Positions 41,137-51,489 of a DNA stretch of 64,000 nucleotides are shown here, piece by piece (positions within the stretch are counted from its first letter, which is position 1; each line of letters opens with the position of its first letter). The translations under genes and the position numbers were made by a program. The notes below the pieces were generated by a model that was not told the origin of the DNA, searched no databases, and worked only from the letters and a program-made list of their open reading frames with translations. Source of the DNA: an uncultured Verrucomicrobiae bacterium (GTDB taxonomy: Bacteria > Verrucomicrobiota > Verrucomicrobiia > Limisphaerales > Palsa-1400); the NCBI GenBank assembly GCA_963702845.1, contig OY969763.1:448001-512000 (forward strand). The letters are read 5' to 3'.

Positions 41137-42241
41137 TCCCCAAATTTGGGCGAAGGTTCCTTTTCATTTTTGGACGGTAACATTTTTTGTTTTCGGCAGC
41201 ATCGTGGGAAGTTTTCTCAACGTTTGTATTTACCGAATGCCGCTCGGACTGAGCGTCGTCAGTCCGCCCTCACATTGTCCGCACTGCAAATATTCCATTC
41301 CATGGTACCTGAACATGCCGCTGGTGACGTGGATCGTCTTGCAGGGAAAATGCAAAAACTGCGGCGCACCGATCGCCTCACGATATTTCTTGGTCGAGCT
41401 GCTGACGGGCGTCGCGTTCATCCTGTGCTGGCTGCAATTTGGCACATACTCCTGGCTCCTCGCGTTGGTTTATTGTGTGATGATGGCAGGCTTCATCACC
41501 GCGACGTTCATCGATTTTGAGCACTACATCATTCCGGACGAACTTACCATCGGCGGAATATTTGTCGGCGTTCTTTGCTCATTCATGGTTCCTATCCTGC
41601 ATTTTTCTTTTCCGGATTTTCACCGTGTCACTTCGCCAGCCAAGGCGGTTGGATTAAGCGTTCTCGGAGTGATCATCGGTGGCGGATTGATCTACGCCAT
41701 TTTGCGTTTGGGCAAATTGCTGTTCGGTCGCAGAAAAATCGAATTGCCTACCGGCACGAAAATTGTGTTCACCGAATCGGTCATTCACTTGCCGGACGAA
41801 CAAGTTCCTTACGACGAAGTGTTCTATCGCGAATCGGACACCATTCATTTAATCGCCAGCAGGCTGGAGTTGGTGGACCGATGTTACGTCAACGCGACGG
41901 TGCAGTTGAAACCGTCCGAATTATTCGTTGGCGAAGATCGGTTTGTGCCAGAGGAAGTGCACGTGATGGAGGCCGTTGCCACTCATATTACGTTGCCGCG
42001 CGAGGCTATGGGTCTGGGTGATGTGAAGTTTATGGCCGCAATCGGGGCGTTCCTCGGTTGGCCCGCCGCGATTTTTTCTTTAGCGGTGAGTTCGATTATC
42101 GGATCAGCCGTTGGCCTGACGCTGATTGCGATGCGCAAACGGGAGTGGTCCAATCGACTTCCTTATGGTCCCTACATCGCGATTGCCGCGATCATTTGGA
42201 TTTTCGGCGGCTACGAATGGGTGCGGGGTTTCTTTCGCTAA
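41129..42241 (+). CDS. pilD: Prepilin peptidase/N-methyltransferase
   Basis: GSFLNVCIYRMP, two CxxC motifs, ID..IIPD, MGLGDVK, PYGPY; GGAGG RBS before the GTG. Confidence 0.92.
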   Translation: MFDPQIWAKVPFHFWTVTFFVFGSIVGSFLNVCIYRMPLGLSVVSPPSHCPHCKYSIPWYLNMPLVTWIVLQGKCKNCGAPIASRYFLVELLTGVAFILCWLQFGTYSWLLALVYCVMMAGFITATFIDFEHYIIPDELTIGGIFVGVLCSFMVPILHFSFPDFHRVTSPAKAVGLSVLGVIIGGGLIYAILRLGKLLFGRRKIELPTGTKIVFTESVIHLPDEQVPYDEVFYRESDTIHLIASRLELVDRCYVNATVQLKPSELFVGEDRFVPEEVHVMEAVATHITLPREAMGLGDVKFMAAIGAFLGWPAAIFSLAVSSIIGSAVGLTLIAMRKREWSNRLPYGPYIAIAAIIWIFGGYEWVRGFFR

Positions 42242-43321
42242 TCAGCCACACTGCCCACGCTGCCTTAATGCGTGGTCCACAAGCACCAGTGCCGCCATCG
42301 CTTCGACCATGACAACGGCGCGCGGTAAAACACACGGATCGTGGCGGCCTTTTGCTTTCAACGTGGTGTTCTTGCCATGAATATCGACAGTGTCCTGTTC
42401 GCGCAGAACGGTCGCCGTCGGTTTGAACGCAACACGGCAAAAAATGTTTTCGCCATTGGAAATGCCGCCCTGGATACCACCGGAATAATTTTTGGTGGTG
42501 CGAACTTTCCCGCCTTCCATTCGGAACGGGTCGTTATGTTCCAGTCCAGTCATCTCGGCTCCAGCGAATCCTGAGCCGATTTCAAAACCTTTGGTCGCTG
42601 GCAGACTCAGCATTGCTTTGCCAAGATCCGCTTCGAGACGGTCAAACACCGGTTCACCCCAACCTGGCGGAACGCCTTTAGCCACACACTCGATAACGCC
42701 ACCCACGCTGTCGCCAGCCTTTCGAACGTCCTCAATCAGCGCGATCATCTTTTCTGCCGCTTTCGCATCGGGGCAGCGCACAATGTTCGACTCAACTTGC
42801 TCGAGCGTCACATTATTGATGTCCACTTCGGCGTGGATGCGTTGAACCTGTTTAACAAATGCGAGAATGTTCACGCCGAATTGCTCGCGTAAAATCTTCT
42901 TTGCGACGGCTCCAGCCGCAACGCGACCGATAGTCTCACGCGCGCTGGTGCGACCGCCTCCAGGCCATGCGCGAATCCCGAATTTCGCCTGGTAAGTATA
43001 ATCAGCGTGCGACGGTCGAAATTTTTCCGCCATCTCGTTGTAAGCTTCGCTGCGCTGGTCCTGGTTTTGGACAAGCATCGCAATGGGAGTTCCGAGAGTT
43101 TTGCCTTCGAAAACGCCCGACACAATTTGCACCGCGTCGGCTTCGTTACGCTGTGTAACAATTCGCGATTGCCCCGGCCGCCGACGGTCGAGATCAGGCT
43201 GTATATCGCCCTCGGTCAAAGCGATGCGCGGCGGGCAACCATCAATCACGACGCCGACGCCACCACCGTGAGATTCACCCCACGTGGAGATGCGAAACAG
43301 TTGGCCGAATACATTGCCCAT
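42242..43321 (-). CDS. aroC: Chorismate synthase
   Basis: [41 protein letters not shown]. Confidence 0.97.
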   Translation of the reverse strand: MGNVFGQLFRISTWGESHGGGVGVVIDGCPPRIALTEGDIQPDLDRRRPGQSRIVTQRNEADAVQIVSGVFEGKTLGTPIAMLVQNQDQRSEAYNEMAEKFRPSHADYTYQAKFGIRAWPGGGRTSARETIGRVAAGAVAKKILREQFGVNILAFVKQVQRIHAEVDINNVTLEQVESNIVRCPDAKAAEKMIALIEDVRKAGDSVGGVIECVAKGVPPGWGEPVFDRLEADLGKAMLSLPATKGFEIGSGFAGAEMTGLEHNDPFRMEGGKVRTTKNYSGGIQGGISNGENIFCRVAFKPTATVLREQDTVDIHGKNTTLKAKGRHDPCVLPRAVVMVEAMAALVLVDHALRQRGQCG

Positions 43322-43600
43322 TGAAATTGAACTTAAACACCTGACCCGTTGTTTGAAAGCCGAAAGGCGGAAGCAACCGGCTTACACGATTCCCTGATGG
43401 TGAAAGCGCGTTCGCACTTAGGAAATAAATGGCCAAGTCCCTGATTGTAACTCCAGTCGAACCCTGCAACCTCTACACACCCACAATCGGCGGCCTTGCC
43501 CTGCCACGTCGTTTCTGGGCTGAGTCTCTTCTGCGCAGGCGTAGAGATCTTCAGCGCTCAATGGAGAGACGCCTGCAAAAAACATAGAAAGCTCAAAACC

Positions 43601-44350
43601 ATGAAAAAACTATCAACGAAAGTTGTTCCCGGTCTGATCGCCGTCTTAACGCTGGCGTTCGCAGCTAACGATGCATCGGCGAAACTTCGAGGCATCGACG
43701 TTTCAAATAACAACGGTAGCGTCAACTGGAGTTCCGTCTACAGCACTGGCGCCCGCTTTGCCATCACCAAGGCGACCGAGGGCGATTACTTCCAGGACAG
43801 CTACTATCACGCAAACATGCAACACGGCAAAACCCAGGGCCTCAACATGGGCGCTTATCACTTCGCGCGCCCTGATTTGAATGACGGAAACCACGAAGCT
43901 TCTTACTTCTATAGTTTTGCTTCCAGCGAATTTGGCACCGGTGGGAACACCTTGCAGCCCGTCCTGGACCTCGAAATCTGGAACGGCGGCCATGTTGGCG
44001 CGACCAGCTTTACCGATTGGGCGAACCAATTCGCCGACACATTAACCACGAAGATGAATAACGCCAGCATGACCCACAATACACTCGTGTATGGAAGCGC
44101 CTGCAACGTTTGCAATTATAACAGCAACATCAAAGGTCATTCCTGGATCGCGAATTATAATGGTGAGGATCCGGATACTGGCACGCCTTGGAATATCTGC
44201 TCGAGCTGCAATGCCTGGGGTGGTTGGACTTTCTGGCAATACACCGCCACCGGTTCTGTTTCCGGCGTCTCGGGCAATTGCGACCGCGATGTTTATAACG
44301 GCACTCTCGCCGACCTTGAAGCGAGCATCTACATCGTTAACAAACGGTAA
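43601..44350 (+). CDS. Secreted GH25 lysozyme/muramidase
   Basis: Signal peptide; GIDVS, KATEG, GAYHF, LDLE, WIANY, FWQYT, DRD. Confidence 0.92.
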   Translation: MKKLSTKVVPGLIAVLTLAFAANDASAKLRGIDVSNNNGSVNWSSVYSTGARFAITKATEGDYFQDSYYHANMQHGKTQGLNMGAYHFARPDLNDGNHEASYFYSFASSEFGTGGNTLQPVLDLEIWNGGHVGATSFTDWANQFADTLTTKMNNASMTHNTLVYGSACNVCNYNSNIKGHSWIANYNGEDPDTGTPWNICSSCNAWGGWTFWQYTATGSVSGVSGNCDRDVYNGTLADLEASIYIVNKR

Positions 44351-44367
44351 CTGGACGTCTTTACATT

Positions 44368-44403
44368 CAAAGCCCGCGAAGACAGCCGTTTTTGCGGGCT
44401 TTG
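44368..44403. terminator. Terminator hairpin after the GH25 gene
   Basis: CAAAGCCCGCGAAGAC...GTTTTTGCGGGCTTTG, located between convergent genes. Confidence 0.7.
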
Positions 44404-44558
44404 TCATGTATCCCCAAAACCCCGCAAGTAAACAGGTAGCGCCCGTCGCGCAACGCGATCCAAATTGAGATAGGGCACGTTTTCGAACCGGACGTTTCGG
44501 CTCGCCGCTTAACCGCGATGACCGCCGTTGAACTACGGCGCGGTGCGCGTTAGCGGCC

Positions 44559-45959
44559 CTAGCGTCTTTGCGTGGAAAGTTTCCGTGCCTGTGTGTCCCT
44601 ATGGTTCAAATTGAATTCAAAAGCCCCAATAGACGGCGCTCCCTTTGAAATCGGCCGATCATCTAAATCAACTTCGTATCCAAGATTCGTCCCTGCACCA
44701 ATGGCGGGACTGCCGGCAGTCAGTCGAAAATCCCCTTCGCCCAAATTCTTAAAAAGTGGGTTGCCGATTTTATCGCCCGTGCGTAAGTGCGCTCCACCGC
44801 CGAGATACTTTCTCTGATAAGCATCCCGATTGGGTTGCTTGTGCAATCTGTCCTCGTCAGGTCGGTAGAAAAGATTGTAGCCATGACTCATTTCACCGCG
44901 AGCGAAGACCGGTTCCACTCGCGAACCGTCGAACACAAAAATATTATTCAGGAAACTGATATTGGTGTTGCCGAAATAATTCCAAAACACGACTTCCTCC
45001 GAGTCATCCTTTCGGTGTGCGAGCGTGCGCACGACGGTGTTGTTTTCCACCCGGAAATTGGTGCAAGGTCCGGTGAGTCCAAGGAACGATTGGTAGTCCA
45101 TGCAGACGTTGTGATGGATCAAAAAATTGTCCTGTTTGACGTGCCCAACCCATTCAATGAAACCTTGATTGCGCAGCGAAAGATTGTGATGAATGAGAAT
45201 GTCTTCCTTGGAGAACGCGCGATCGTTTATTTCGATAGCTCCGCCGTCGTGACCGTATTCCGCACTGGGAGCGCAATAATTCACGATTCTGTTATAGGAA
45301 ATTTCATTGCTTGAGGCGCATACAACGATGCCGATCGGCCCCCATCGAAACTGAATGGGCGCGTTATTATCGTGGATGTAATTCTTCGTGATGAGATTGT
45401 GCTGGCCGTATACGGTGATGCCGATGGGCGTGTGCGTAAACTCGCAATTTCGCACGATACAATGATCCGCATTCGTGGTGAGGAAAATAGCACCGAGCAG
45501 ATGAATATCCGTCGCAACTGGATTAACGGGACACTTTTCCAGATACAACTCATCCACGATGACATAGCTGCCGTTGACCCGAATGCCATTTCCATCGAGA
45601 GCGGCGGAATTTGGGTTAGTGAAGCGAGGTGCGGATCCTTCCCCGTAACGTGTGATCACGATCGGCGCATTTGGGGTGCCGGATTGATTAATTTGAAATC
45701 CGCCTTCGAATCGAGACCCAGCCGCAAAATAAATAGTGTCGGCTGGACGAAACGTAACATTGGCAAGCTGAGCGAGTGAACGCCACGGATCATCGAGGCT
45801 TCCGCGTCCGTTCTCCGAACCCGCGCGGCTATTAACGTAGTATTGCCTGCCGTTGAAGTTAGAGCTTTCCGCGACAGATGTTCCAGCGGAGATCAGAATG
45901 AAAGCAACCACTGTGAAGATCGAAACTAAAATTGCGATACTGCCTCGACACTTTTGCAC
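44559..45959 (-). CDS. Secreted right-handed parallel beta-helix protein (pectin-lyase fold), probably leaderless
   Basis: YYVNS..G...GS.DDPWRSL start; NxIxxNxI repeats; DFRL.AGSPAIGAG...IGAFE end. The GTG sits at the predicted +1 of the promoter at 45965-45994. Confidence 0.85.
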   Translation of the reverse strand: MQKCRGSIAILVSIFTVVAFILISAGTSVAESSNFNGRQYYVNSRAGSENGRGSLDDPWRSLAQLANVTFRPADTIYFAAGSRFEGGFQINQSGTPNAPIVITRYGEGSAPRFTNPNSAALDGNGIRVNGSYVIVDELYLEKCPVNPVATDIHLLGAIFLTTNADHCIVRNCEFTHTPIGITVYGQHNLITKNYIHDNNAPIQFRWGPIGIVVCASSNEISYNRIVNYCAPSAEYGHDGGAIEINDRAFSKEDILIHHNLSLRNQGFIEWVGHVKQDNFLIHHNVCMDYQSFLGLTGPCTNFRVENNTVVRTLAHRKDDSEEVVFWNYFGNTNISFLNNIFVFDGSRVEPVFARGEMSHGYNLFYRPDEDRLHKQPNRDAYQRKYLGGGAHLRTGDKIGNPLFKNLGEGDFRLTAGSPAIGAGTNLGYEVDLDDRPISKGAPSIGAFEFNLNHRDTQARKLSTQRR

Positions 45960-45964
45960 AAGCG

Positions 45965-45994
45965 AGGATATGTGCCTCGCGTCGCAGCGAGCAA
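45965..45994 (-). promoter_or_regulatory. Sigma70 promoter, copy A
   Basis: TTGCTC-N18-TATCCT; a homologous copy lies at 53531-53560. Confidence 0.55.
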
Positions 45995-46060
45995 GCGCAC
46001 TCTCGGACTACTGTCGCGTAGCGAGACAAATGAACCTCCGCCGATTTGTCGGTGGGAACT

Positions 46061-48199
46061 TCACAGAATAATTGGCATCTTGCGCACCCGGATTCCGGTG
46101 GCATGGAAGACCGCGTTGCCGATCGCCGGCGCGATCGCGATAATCGGCGTTTCACCACCGCCAGCCGATGGCAAATCGGGCCTGTTCAGCAAGTGGATAT
46201 CCAATTCAGGAAGATCAGCAAACCGCGGCACGCGATATTCTCCGTACGACGCATTCAAAATTTTACCGTTTTCGAATTCCATTTCTTCGCGCAACGCAGG
46301 GCCAAGCCCCATCACGATCGCCCCCTCCACTTGCTTTCGCAGATTGTCCGGGTTAAGGATCGCGCCGCACTCAAACACCTGGCAGACATGGCGCACTTTG
46401 ATTTTCTTTGTTTCAGGATCAATCTGCACCTCTGCGCAGGCAGCGACGTACGAACCTTTTTCCGTCCCGCACGCCAGCCCAACACCGATGTTCGCGACCT
46501 TTTCTTTCACGCGTGCGCGCCAATTAAACTTTTTCGCCGCCATCTCGAGCACTGCGCGCAGTCTGGCGCTATCGCTTTCATCGAGATGTGTTAACCGGAA
46601 ATCCAATGGGTCCTCTCCAGCGGCTGCGGCCAGCTCGTCCATGGAACATTCGCGCGCGAAATTGTTGGCTGTTGCTGCCAGTCCGCGATAAGACCCGTGG
46701 CGCAGCGGCGCCTTCGAACCAACCGAAGTCGTGTGCCGTTTGGCAACGCGATAGGGCGTATCCACCGCCGAACCGCCGGAATTGATGTTGATGAAATACC
46801 ACGAACTCAGCGCGTTTTTCGCATCGAGTCCTGCTTCGATTTTGATCACGGCCGCAGGACGGAAATAGGCCCACGTAAATTCCTCTTCCCGCGTCCAACG
46901 CATCGATACCGGCTTGCCAGCTGCTTTAGCCAGGCGGGCGGCTTCGACACCAACTTCGCCGCTGTGTTTGCCACCAAATGCCGCGCCAAAATCGGGAACA
47001 AGCACGCGCGCCTTTTCTTCTGGCAGATGAAATGCGCGAGCCAGTTCTCCGCGACAGCCAAACGGATTTTGTGACCCGGTCCAAACCATCAGGTTGCCGT
47101 CCTTCCATTCCGCGACTGCCGCCCGAGGTTCCAACGGCGAATGTTGGACGTACGCAACGTTGTAAGTTTGACGCAGCGTATGTTTTGCTTGCTCTAGTTC
47201 ACCAGCGAATTCATTCGGCGGCACCTGCGCGTGCTCTTCCAAATACCTAAAAAGCTCTTTGCTCGAAGGATGATCGGCTTTCTCCCACTTCGCCGTTTTT
47301 GCAATTGCCGCCAGCGCTTGCTCCGCCAGACGCGTCGAAGGCGCGGCAACGCCCACAAACTGATCGTCCTGCACCACCACGACGTCTTTCATCGATTTGG
47401 CGGGCGCGAGGTCGATCGAAAGCAACTTCGCGCCATAATCCGGCGCGCGCAGAATCTTGCCGTAAAGCATCCCGCGCGGCGCAATGTCCGAAGGGAATTT
47501 GTGCGCACCGGTAACAATTCCCTGGCCGTTGGGACGCGCGACAGGAGTTCCCAGGACTTTCCATTCCTTTACAGGCGTGAGAGTGACATCCGCTGGAGCT
47601 GGTTGTGCCAGCAATTTCGCTGTCTCTGCGTCGGCTGCCAAATCGGCATAATTTAAAGCAGTTTCCCCAGCATGAACAACACGCCCATCCTGCACCTCGC
47701 AAGCGCCAAGCTCAACATTCCAGCGCTTCGCCGCGAAAGCGATCAAAAGTTGCCGCGCCGCTGCCGCGCCCTGTCGAACCGACGGCACCGTTCGTGGACT
47801 CGTGCCGCTTCCTGCCGTGATTCCGTCGTCCGGCACCAAGTTAGTATCAGCCATGATCAATTGAATGTGGTCCGGCGACACGCGCAATTCTTCAGCCGCA
47901 GCCTGCGTCAACTCCGCTCGCGCGCCCTGTCCCGCTTCAACTTTCCCGACCAACACCGTGATCGAGCCGTCGGCGCCAAGATGAATCCTTGCGCCAATTG
48001 TTTTCGCGCCGCCGCCCCGAAAACCGCCTCGTCTGCCACCGCTGCGTTGCGCCAAAGCAGCTGCCTGACTCGCAATCAACAAGCCAGCTCCCAGAAGTTG
48101 CATGAACGAGCGGCGCTTCAGCCCGAAATCATAACCGAACCGCTCCGTCATCTTCTCATACGCGGCGTCGACAGATTCGTTTGTGACCGGCTCTTTCAT
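46061..48199 (-). CDS. Xanthine-dehydrogenase-family molybdopterin-binding subunit (IorB-like), Tat-exported
   Basis: KRRSFMQ twin-arginine motif; VEAGQG; G.AFGGK; WTREEE; QVEGAIVMGLG; GGGET...APAIGNAVF.ATG.R.R. Confidence 0.9.
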   Translation of the reverse strand: MKEPVTNESVDAAYEKMTERFGYDFGLKRRSFMQLLGAGLLIASQAAALAQRSGGRRGGFRGGGAKTIGARIHLGADGSITVLVGKVEAGQGARAELTQAAAEELRVSPDHIQLIMADTNLVPDDGITAGSGTSPRTVPSVRQGAAAARQLLIAFAAKRWNVELGACEVQDGRVVHAGETALNYADLAADAETAKLLAQPAPADVTLTPVKEWKVLGTPVARPNGQGIVTGAHKFPSDIAPRGMLYGKILRAPDYGAKLLSIDLAPAKSMKDVVVVQDDQFVGVAAPSTRLAEQALAAIAKTAKWEKADHPSSKELFRYLEEHAQVPPNEFAGELEQAKHTLRQTYNVAYVQHSPLEPRAAVAEWKDGNLMVWTGSQNPFGCRGELARAFHLPEEKARVLVPDFGAAFGGKHSGEVGVEAARLAKAAGKPVSMRWTREEEFTWAYFRPAAVIKIEAGLDAKNALSSWYFININSGGSAVDTPYRVAKRHTTSVGSKAPLRHGSYRGLAATANNFARECSMDELAAAAGEDPLDFRLTHLDESDSARLRAVLEMAAKKFNWRARVKEKVANIGVGLACGTEKGSYVAACAEVQIDPETKKIKVRHVCQVFECGAILNPDNLRKQVEGAIVMGLGPALREEMEFENGKILNASYGEYRVPRFADLPELDIHLLNRPDLPSAGGGETPIIAIAPAIGNAVFHATGIRVRKMPIIL

Positions 48200-48657
48200 T
48201 TCGTGATCACTCGCCGAATCGCCGACCGGATTCGCGTGTAACTGCCACAGCGACAGATGTGCTTGTTCATATGTGACAAGATTTCAACTTCGCTCGCGTT
48301 CGGTTTTTGTTTCATCGCGCCCACGATTCCGAGAATCATTCCGGGCGTGCAATAGCCACACTGAAAAGCTCCTTCATCCAGAAACGCTTTCTGCACCGGA
48401 TGCAACCGACCTTGTTCCGAAAGCCCTTCGATCGTCACAACGTGCTTGCCGCTCACCTCTTTGATTGGGGTCTGGCAGCCCATGACACTTTTCCCATCGA
48501 GCAACACCGTGCAAGCGCGACAATCCCCTTCACCACAGCCAAATTTCGCTCCAGTCAGTTGAAGCTCCTCGCGCAACACCTCGAGCAAAGTGCGCTCCGG
48601 ATCACTCGCGACGTTCCGGGGTTTCCCATTGACGATGAAAGTGATGCTCGATGTCAT
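48196..48657 (-). CDS. (2Fe-2S)-binding subunit (IorA/CoxS-like)
   Basis: GAKFGCGEGDCRACTVL, FQCGYCTPG, ICRCGSY; overlaps the next gene's start. Confidence 0.93.
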   Translation of the reverse strand: MTSSITFIVNGKPRNVASDPERTLLEVLREELQLTGAKFGCGEGDCRACTVLLDGKSVMGCQTPIKEVSGKHVVTIEGLSEQGRLHPVQKAFLDEGAFQCGYCTPGMILGIVGAMKQKPNASEVEILSHMNKHICRCGSYTRIRSAIRRVITK

Positions 48658-48787
48658 ACGAGGCCGGCTGAATTATTGATAAAAACAATACGCCTCTGAT
48701 GACATAAGAAAAGGGTTTTCAGAACGATCGCATCATCCCGATGCGAGTGAAATTAAAAACCTCGCCCTGCACAATAGTCCCCTGACT

Positions 48788-51142
48788 TTAAAAATTATTG
48801 AGGTTGAAGAATTCGTCAACGGAATAGAAACCCATCGACGCGGACGCAGGCACAGGCCAATCGGAGTTTGTTCCAGTGCCTTGCAGCGGGCTGCCGAATG
48901 TCTGCCAATTCGTCAGGTCTGAGCCAGTTCGAATCTGATAAACCATGTTGCTCGAGGTGGGATACTGAAGTTTGATTTCGCCCGCGCTTCCGCCACGGGT
49001 CGCGCTCAACAGCCGCCGCGAATTTAACGTGCTTTCGTCGACAAGATGAGTGGCGAGGTAAGTCTGAAAACCACCAAGCATCGGATCCTGGATTTGCGTC
49101 ATCCACGCCAAAAGATTTTGCCGCGCTGTGTAGATATAAGGCGCCATTTCGGGTTTCTGCGCCAGATTATAGAGCGCATCCGGGTCCTGGATGTAATCGT
49201 AGATTTCTTCCACCGAACGATATTTAAAAAAGTTCACTCGGTTTTGAATGTTCGTATTGCCGGGGCCCGCGGCGACCATTGCGTTCCAGGTCAATCCATC
49301 TTGCGTTTCGTTACTGCAAACCTTTGTCCCGTTCGACCACGGATTATATATGTAGCCGTAGCGACTGCCGCGAACACCGCGCATCTCATAGCGCACTCCC
49401 GAACTGGTCTCATGAAACACAGTTATCGCCAAATCTCGGTTCGTCTGAAAAGTGCCGCCTTGCAGAAGTGACAGGAAACTCACGCCGTCGAATCGCAAAG
49501 TCGTCGGCACGCCAATGGCCGCGAGTAAAGTCGGCATCAAATCGATGCTCAAAACAAAGTTGTTGGTGTCCATTCTCCCCGGAGCAACGACGCCCGGCCA
49601 TCGTATTATCAGCGGGGTATGATTGCTGTGAAGATAATCATTGGCTTTGGCAAAAGGCATCGAGATGCCATTGTCCGACAGAAAAATGACGATCGTATTA
49701 TTGGACGCGCCCACGTCATTTAACGCATCCAAAACCCGGCCAAGCGTGTCATCGAATCTCCTCGCAGAAGAATAATACTGCGCCATTTCTTTTCGGACGT
49801 TGGGCAGGTCCGGCAGAAAACCGGGAACGCTTATTTCGTTGGTGACATAAACATGCGAGGGCACGGCAAAGGTCCCTCGAACGGATGCCGACCATTTGCT
49901 GGTTTCATCCGCGCTGCCGGCGAAAGGCCGATGCGGATCATTGGAATTAGCCATCAAAAAGAATGGCCGTCCCGCGGCCATCGCCTGCTGCATGAGCGCC
50001 TTGGAATTAGTGTAATAATAGCCGCTATTTCGGCCTTGAGCGAGTGAGTCCTCCGTCAGCAGCAAATCCCACGGGAATTCGCTCAATGGTTGCAGATGAT
50101 CAGTCTTGGAAAGAATACCGAGCCGATAATCCAAATTCGCCAATATCTCCATCAACGTAGTCACCTGCGGTTTGATTGGATTAAACCCTTCGCCGCCGTT
50201 GTTGTGCGGATAAAGTCCGGTCATGAGCGCTTCGCGGCTCGGTTGACACACGCCAACCACGACGTGATGACGCGTAAATCGCATTCCTTGCGAGGCAAAT
50301 TGGTCGATCTTTGGAGTGACACTGGGCTGCGGACCGCCAAAACATCCGACCGTTGTATAATTCAGGTCATCGGCGACAATCATCAAAATGTTCGGCGCTT
50401 GAAAAGCAGGTATCGCATCGTAAAACGTGTTCGCGAAAAATTGTAACGAACTATTCAGACTCCCGCTGGACGCGACGAAATTCGGCCCGGCAAAGTTCGC
50501 CGGTGCCGATCCCTCCAAGATATAGAGACAACTATTCGACGCCATGCCGTAACCACCGGCGACTGCTCCGCTCCATTGCGCAACATTGGACACACGAATA
50601 TCGGAAATTGTGTGCGTTCCGCCAAAGGCCGGGTCCACCGCATACTGACCATCCAAATAAACTGCGGCTCGCGAATCACTGGCGACACCATCACGATTGT
50701 TGTCGAGCCGGATCCCAAAAATCACATCATACTGTCGGCCGGGTCCCAGCGGTTTCGTGAAAACCTGCAATGCGTGCCTCCCGAGCGTTCCCGTAGATGA
50801 CGAATCGCCTCCGGCGGTCAGCACCAATCGATCATTGATCAGCAGCAGAGAAATCCCGTTGTGATAATCTCCCGATTCGAAGAGGACATAGCCCGCGGCT
50901 GAAAAAGACGTTGGAGTCGTAAATTGAAACCGGCAGGTCATGTCCTGGAGAGAATCGCTGATGCCATCTCCATTGTAGTCGGCAGTAAAAGCCGCCAGCC
51001 CGCCCACTGGAAAACTGATCGTTGGCGCACCAAGATTCGTCACTGTGACGGCACGCGCATTCATGCCTGCCAGCACAAAAACGCAAAGACTTACAATCCA
51101 TTTGAGTGCCAACCTCATTCGGCCTGCCTTTTGTAGTATCAC
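48788..51142 (-). CDS. Secreted formylglycine-dependent sulfatase with an N-terminal LamG-like domain and a C-terminal verrucomicrobial domain (alternative start ATG 51118)
   Basis: PNILMIVADDL, CQPSREALMTG (CxPSR), DPHRPF, FLSDNG, SDLTNW...GFYSV end. Confidence 0.9.
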   Translation of the reverse strand: MILQKAGRMRLALKWIVSLCVFVLAGMNARAVTVTNLGAPTISFPVGGLAAFTADYNGDGISDSLQDMTCRFQFTTPTSFSAAGYVLFESGDYHNGISLLLINDRLVLTAGGDSSSTGTLGRHALQVFTKPLGPGRQYDVIFGIRLDNNRDGVASDSRAAVYLDGQYAVDPAFGGTHTISDIRVSNVAQWSGAVAGGYGMASNSCLYILEGSAPANFAGPNFVASSGSLNSSLQFFANTFYDAIPAFQAPNILMIVADDLNYTTVGCFGGPQPSVTPKIDQFASQGMRFTRHHVVVGVCQPSREALMTGLYPHNNGGEGFNPIKPQVTTLMEILANLDYRLGILSKTDHLQPLSEFPWDLLLTEDSLAQGRNSGYYYTNSKALMQQAMAAGRPFFLMANSNDPHRPFAGSADETSKWSASVRGTFAVPSHVYVTNEISVPGFLPDLPNVRKEMAQYYSSARRFDDTLGRVLDALNDVGASNNTIVIFLSDNGISMPFAKANDYLHSNHTPLIIRWPGVVAPGRMDTNNFVLSIDLMPTLLAAIGVPTTLRFDGVSFLSLLQGGTFQTNRDLAITVFHETSSGVRYEMRGVRGSRYGYIYNPWSNGTKVCSNETQDGLTWNAMVAAGPGNTNIQNRVNFFKYRSVEEIYDYIQDPDALYNLAQKPEMAPYIYTARQNLLAWMTQIQDPMLGGFQTYLATHLVDESTLNSRRLLSATRGGSAGEIKLQYPTSSNMVYQIRTGSDLTNWQTFGSPLQGTGTNSDWPVPASASMGFYSVDEFFNLNNF

Positions 51143-51219
51143 CGATTAAGTTTGGCGTTTTGGCATCTACCCGCAATCACCCAAAAGGACGACGTGGTGA
51201 CAGTGATGCTCGATGTCAT
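51139..51219 (-). pseudogene. 26-codon stub beginning like the 2Fe-2S gene (MTSSIT...)
   Basis: 19-bp exact match between 51202-51220 and 48640-48658; its TGA overlaps the sulfatase GTG. Confidence 0.55.
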
Positions 51220-51489
51220 AGACTCCGGTTGAGTTGCAATTACGAAATAGGCTACTAAACATTCGTGTCACTCCGTGCAATTGGTGTCGCGATTTCGTCC
51301 CACTCAACACTGATTCCTGCTCCGAGCTGCCTCTTGTTTCTGTCAAAACAACGAACACCGTCTTGCCCGCCCATCAAAACTGTGCAAACGTCGGTCGTAT
51401 ATTAAGCGCTTGATACCAGTCATACTCTCAGCACGCGGCGTCTTTGGCTCAACGGCCCGTTGCCGCCGATTTCAATTGCTAGATCTGAC

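Noticed and set aside
43330..43600. c-di-AMP (ydaO) riboswitch before the lysozyme gene
   Set aside because: A GCAGGCGT...ACGCCTGC stem exists, but I could not find the ydaO consensus elements.
44504..44557. attC-like hairpin (GCTTAAC...GTTAGCG)
   Set aside because: About 50 bp, imperfect R' box, single copy; more likely a hairpin between convergent genes.
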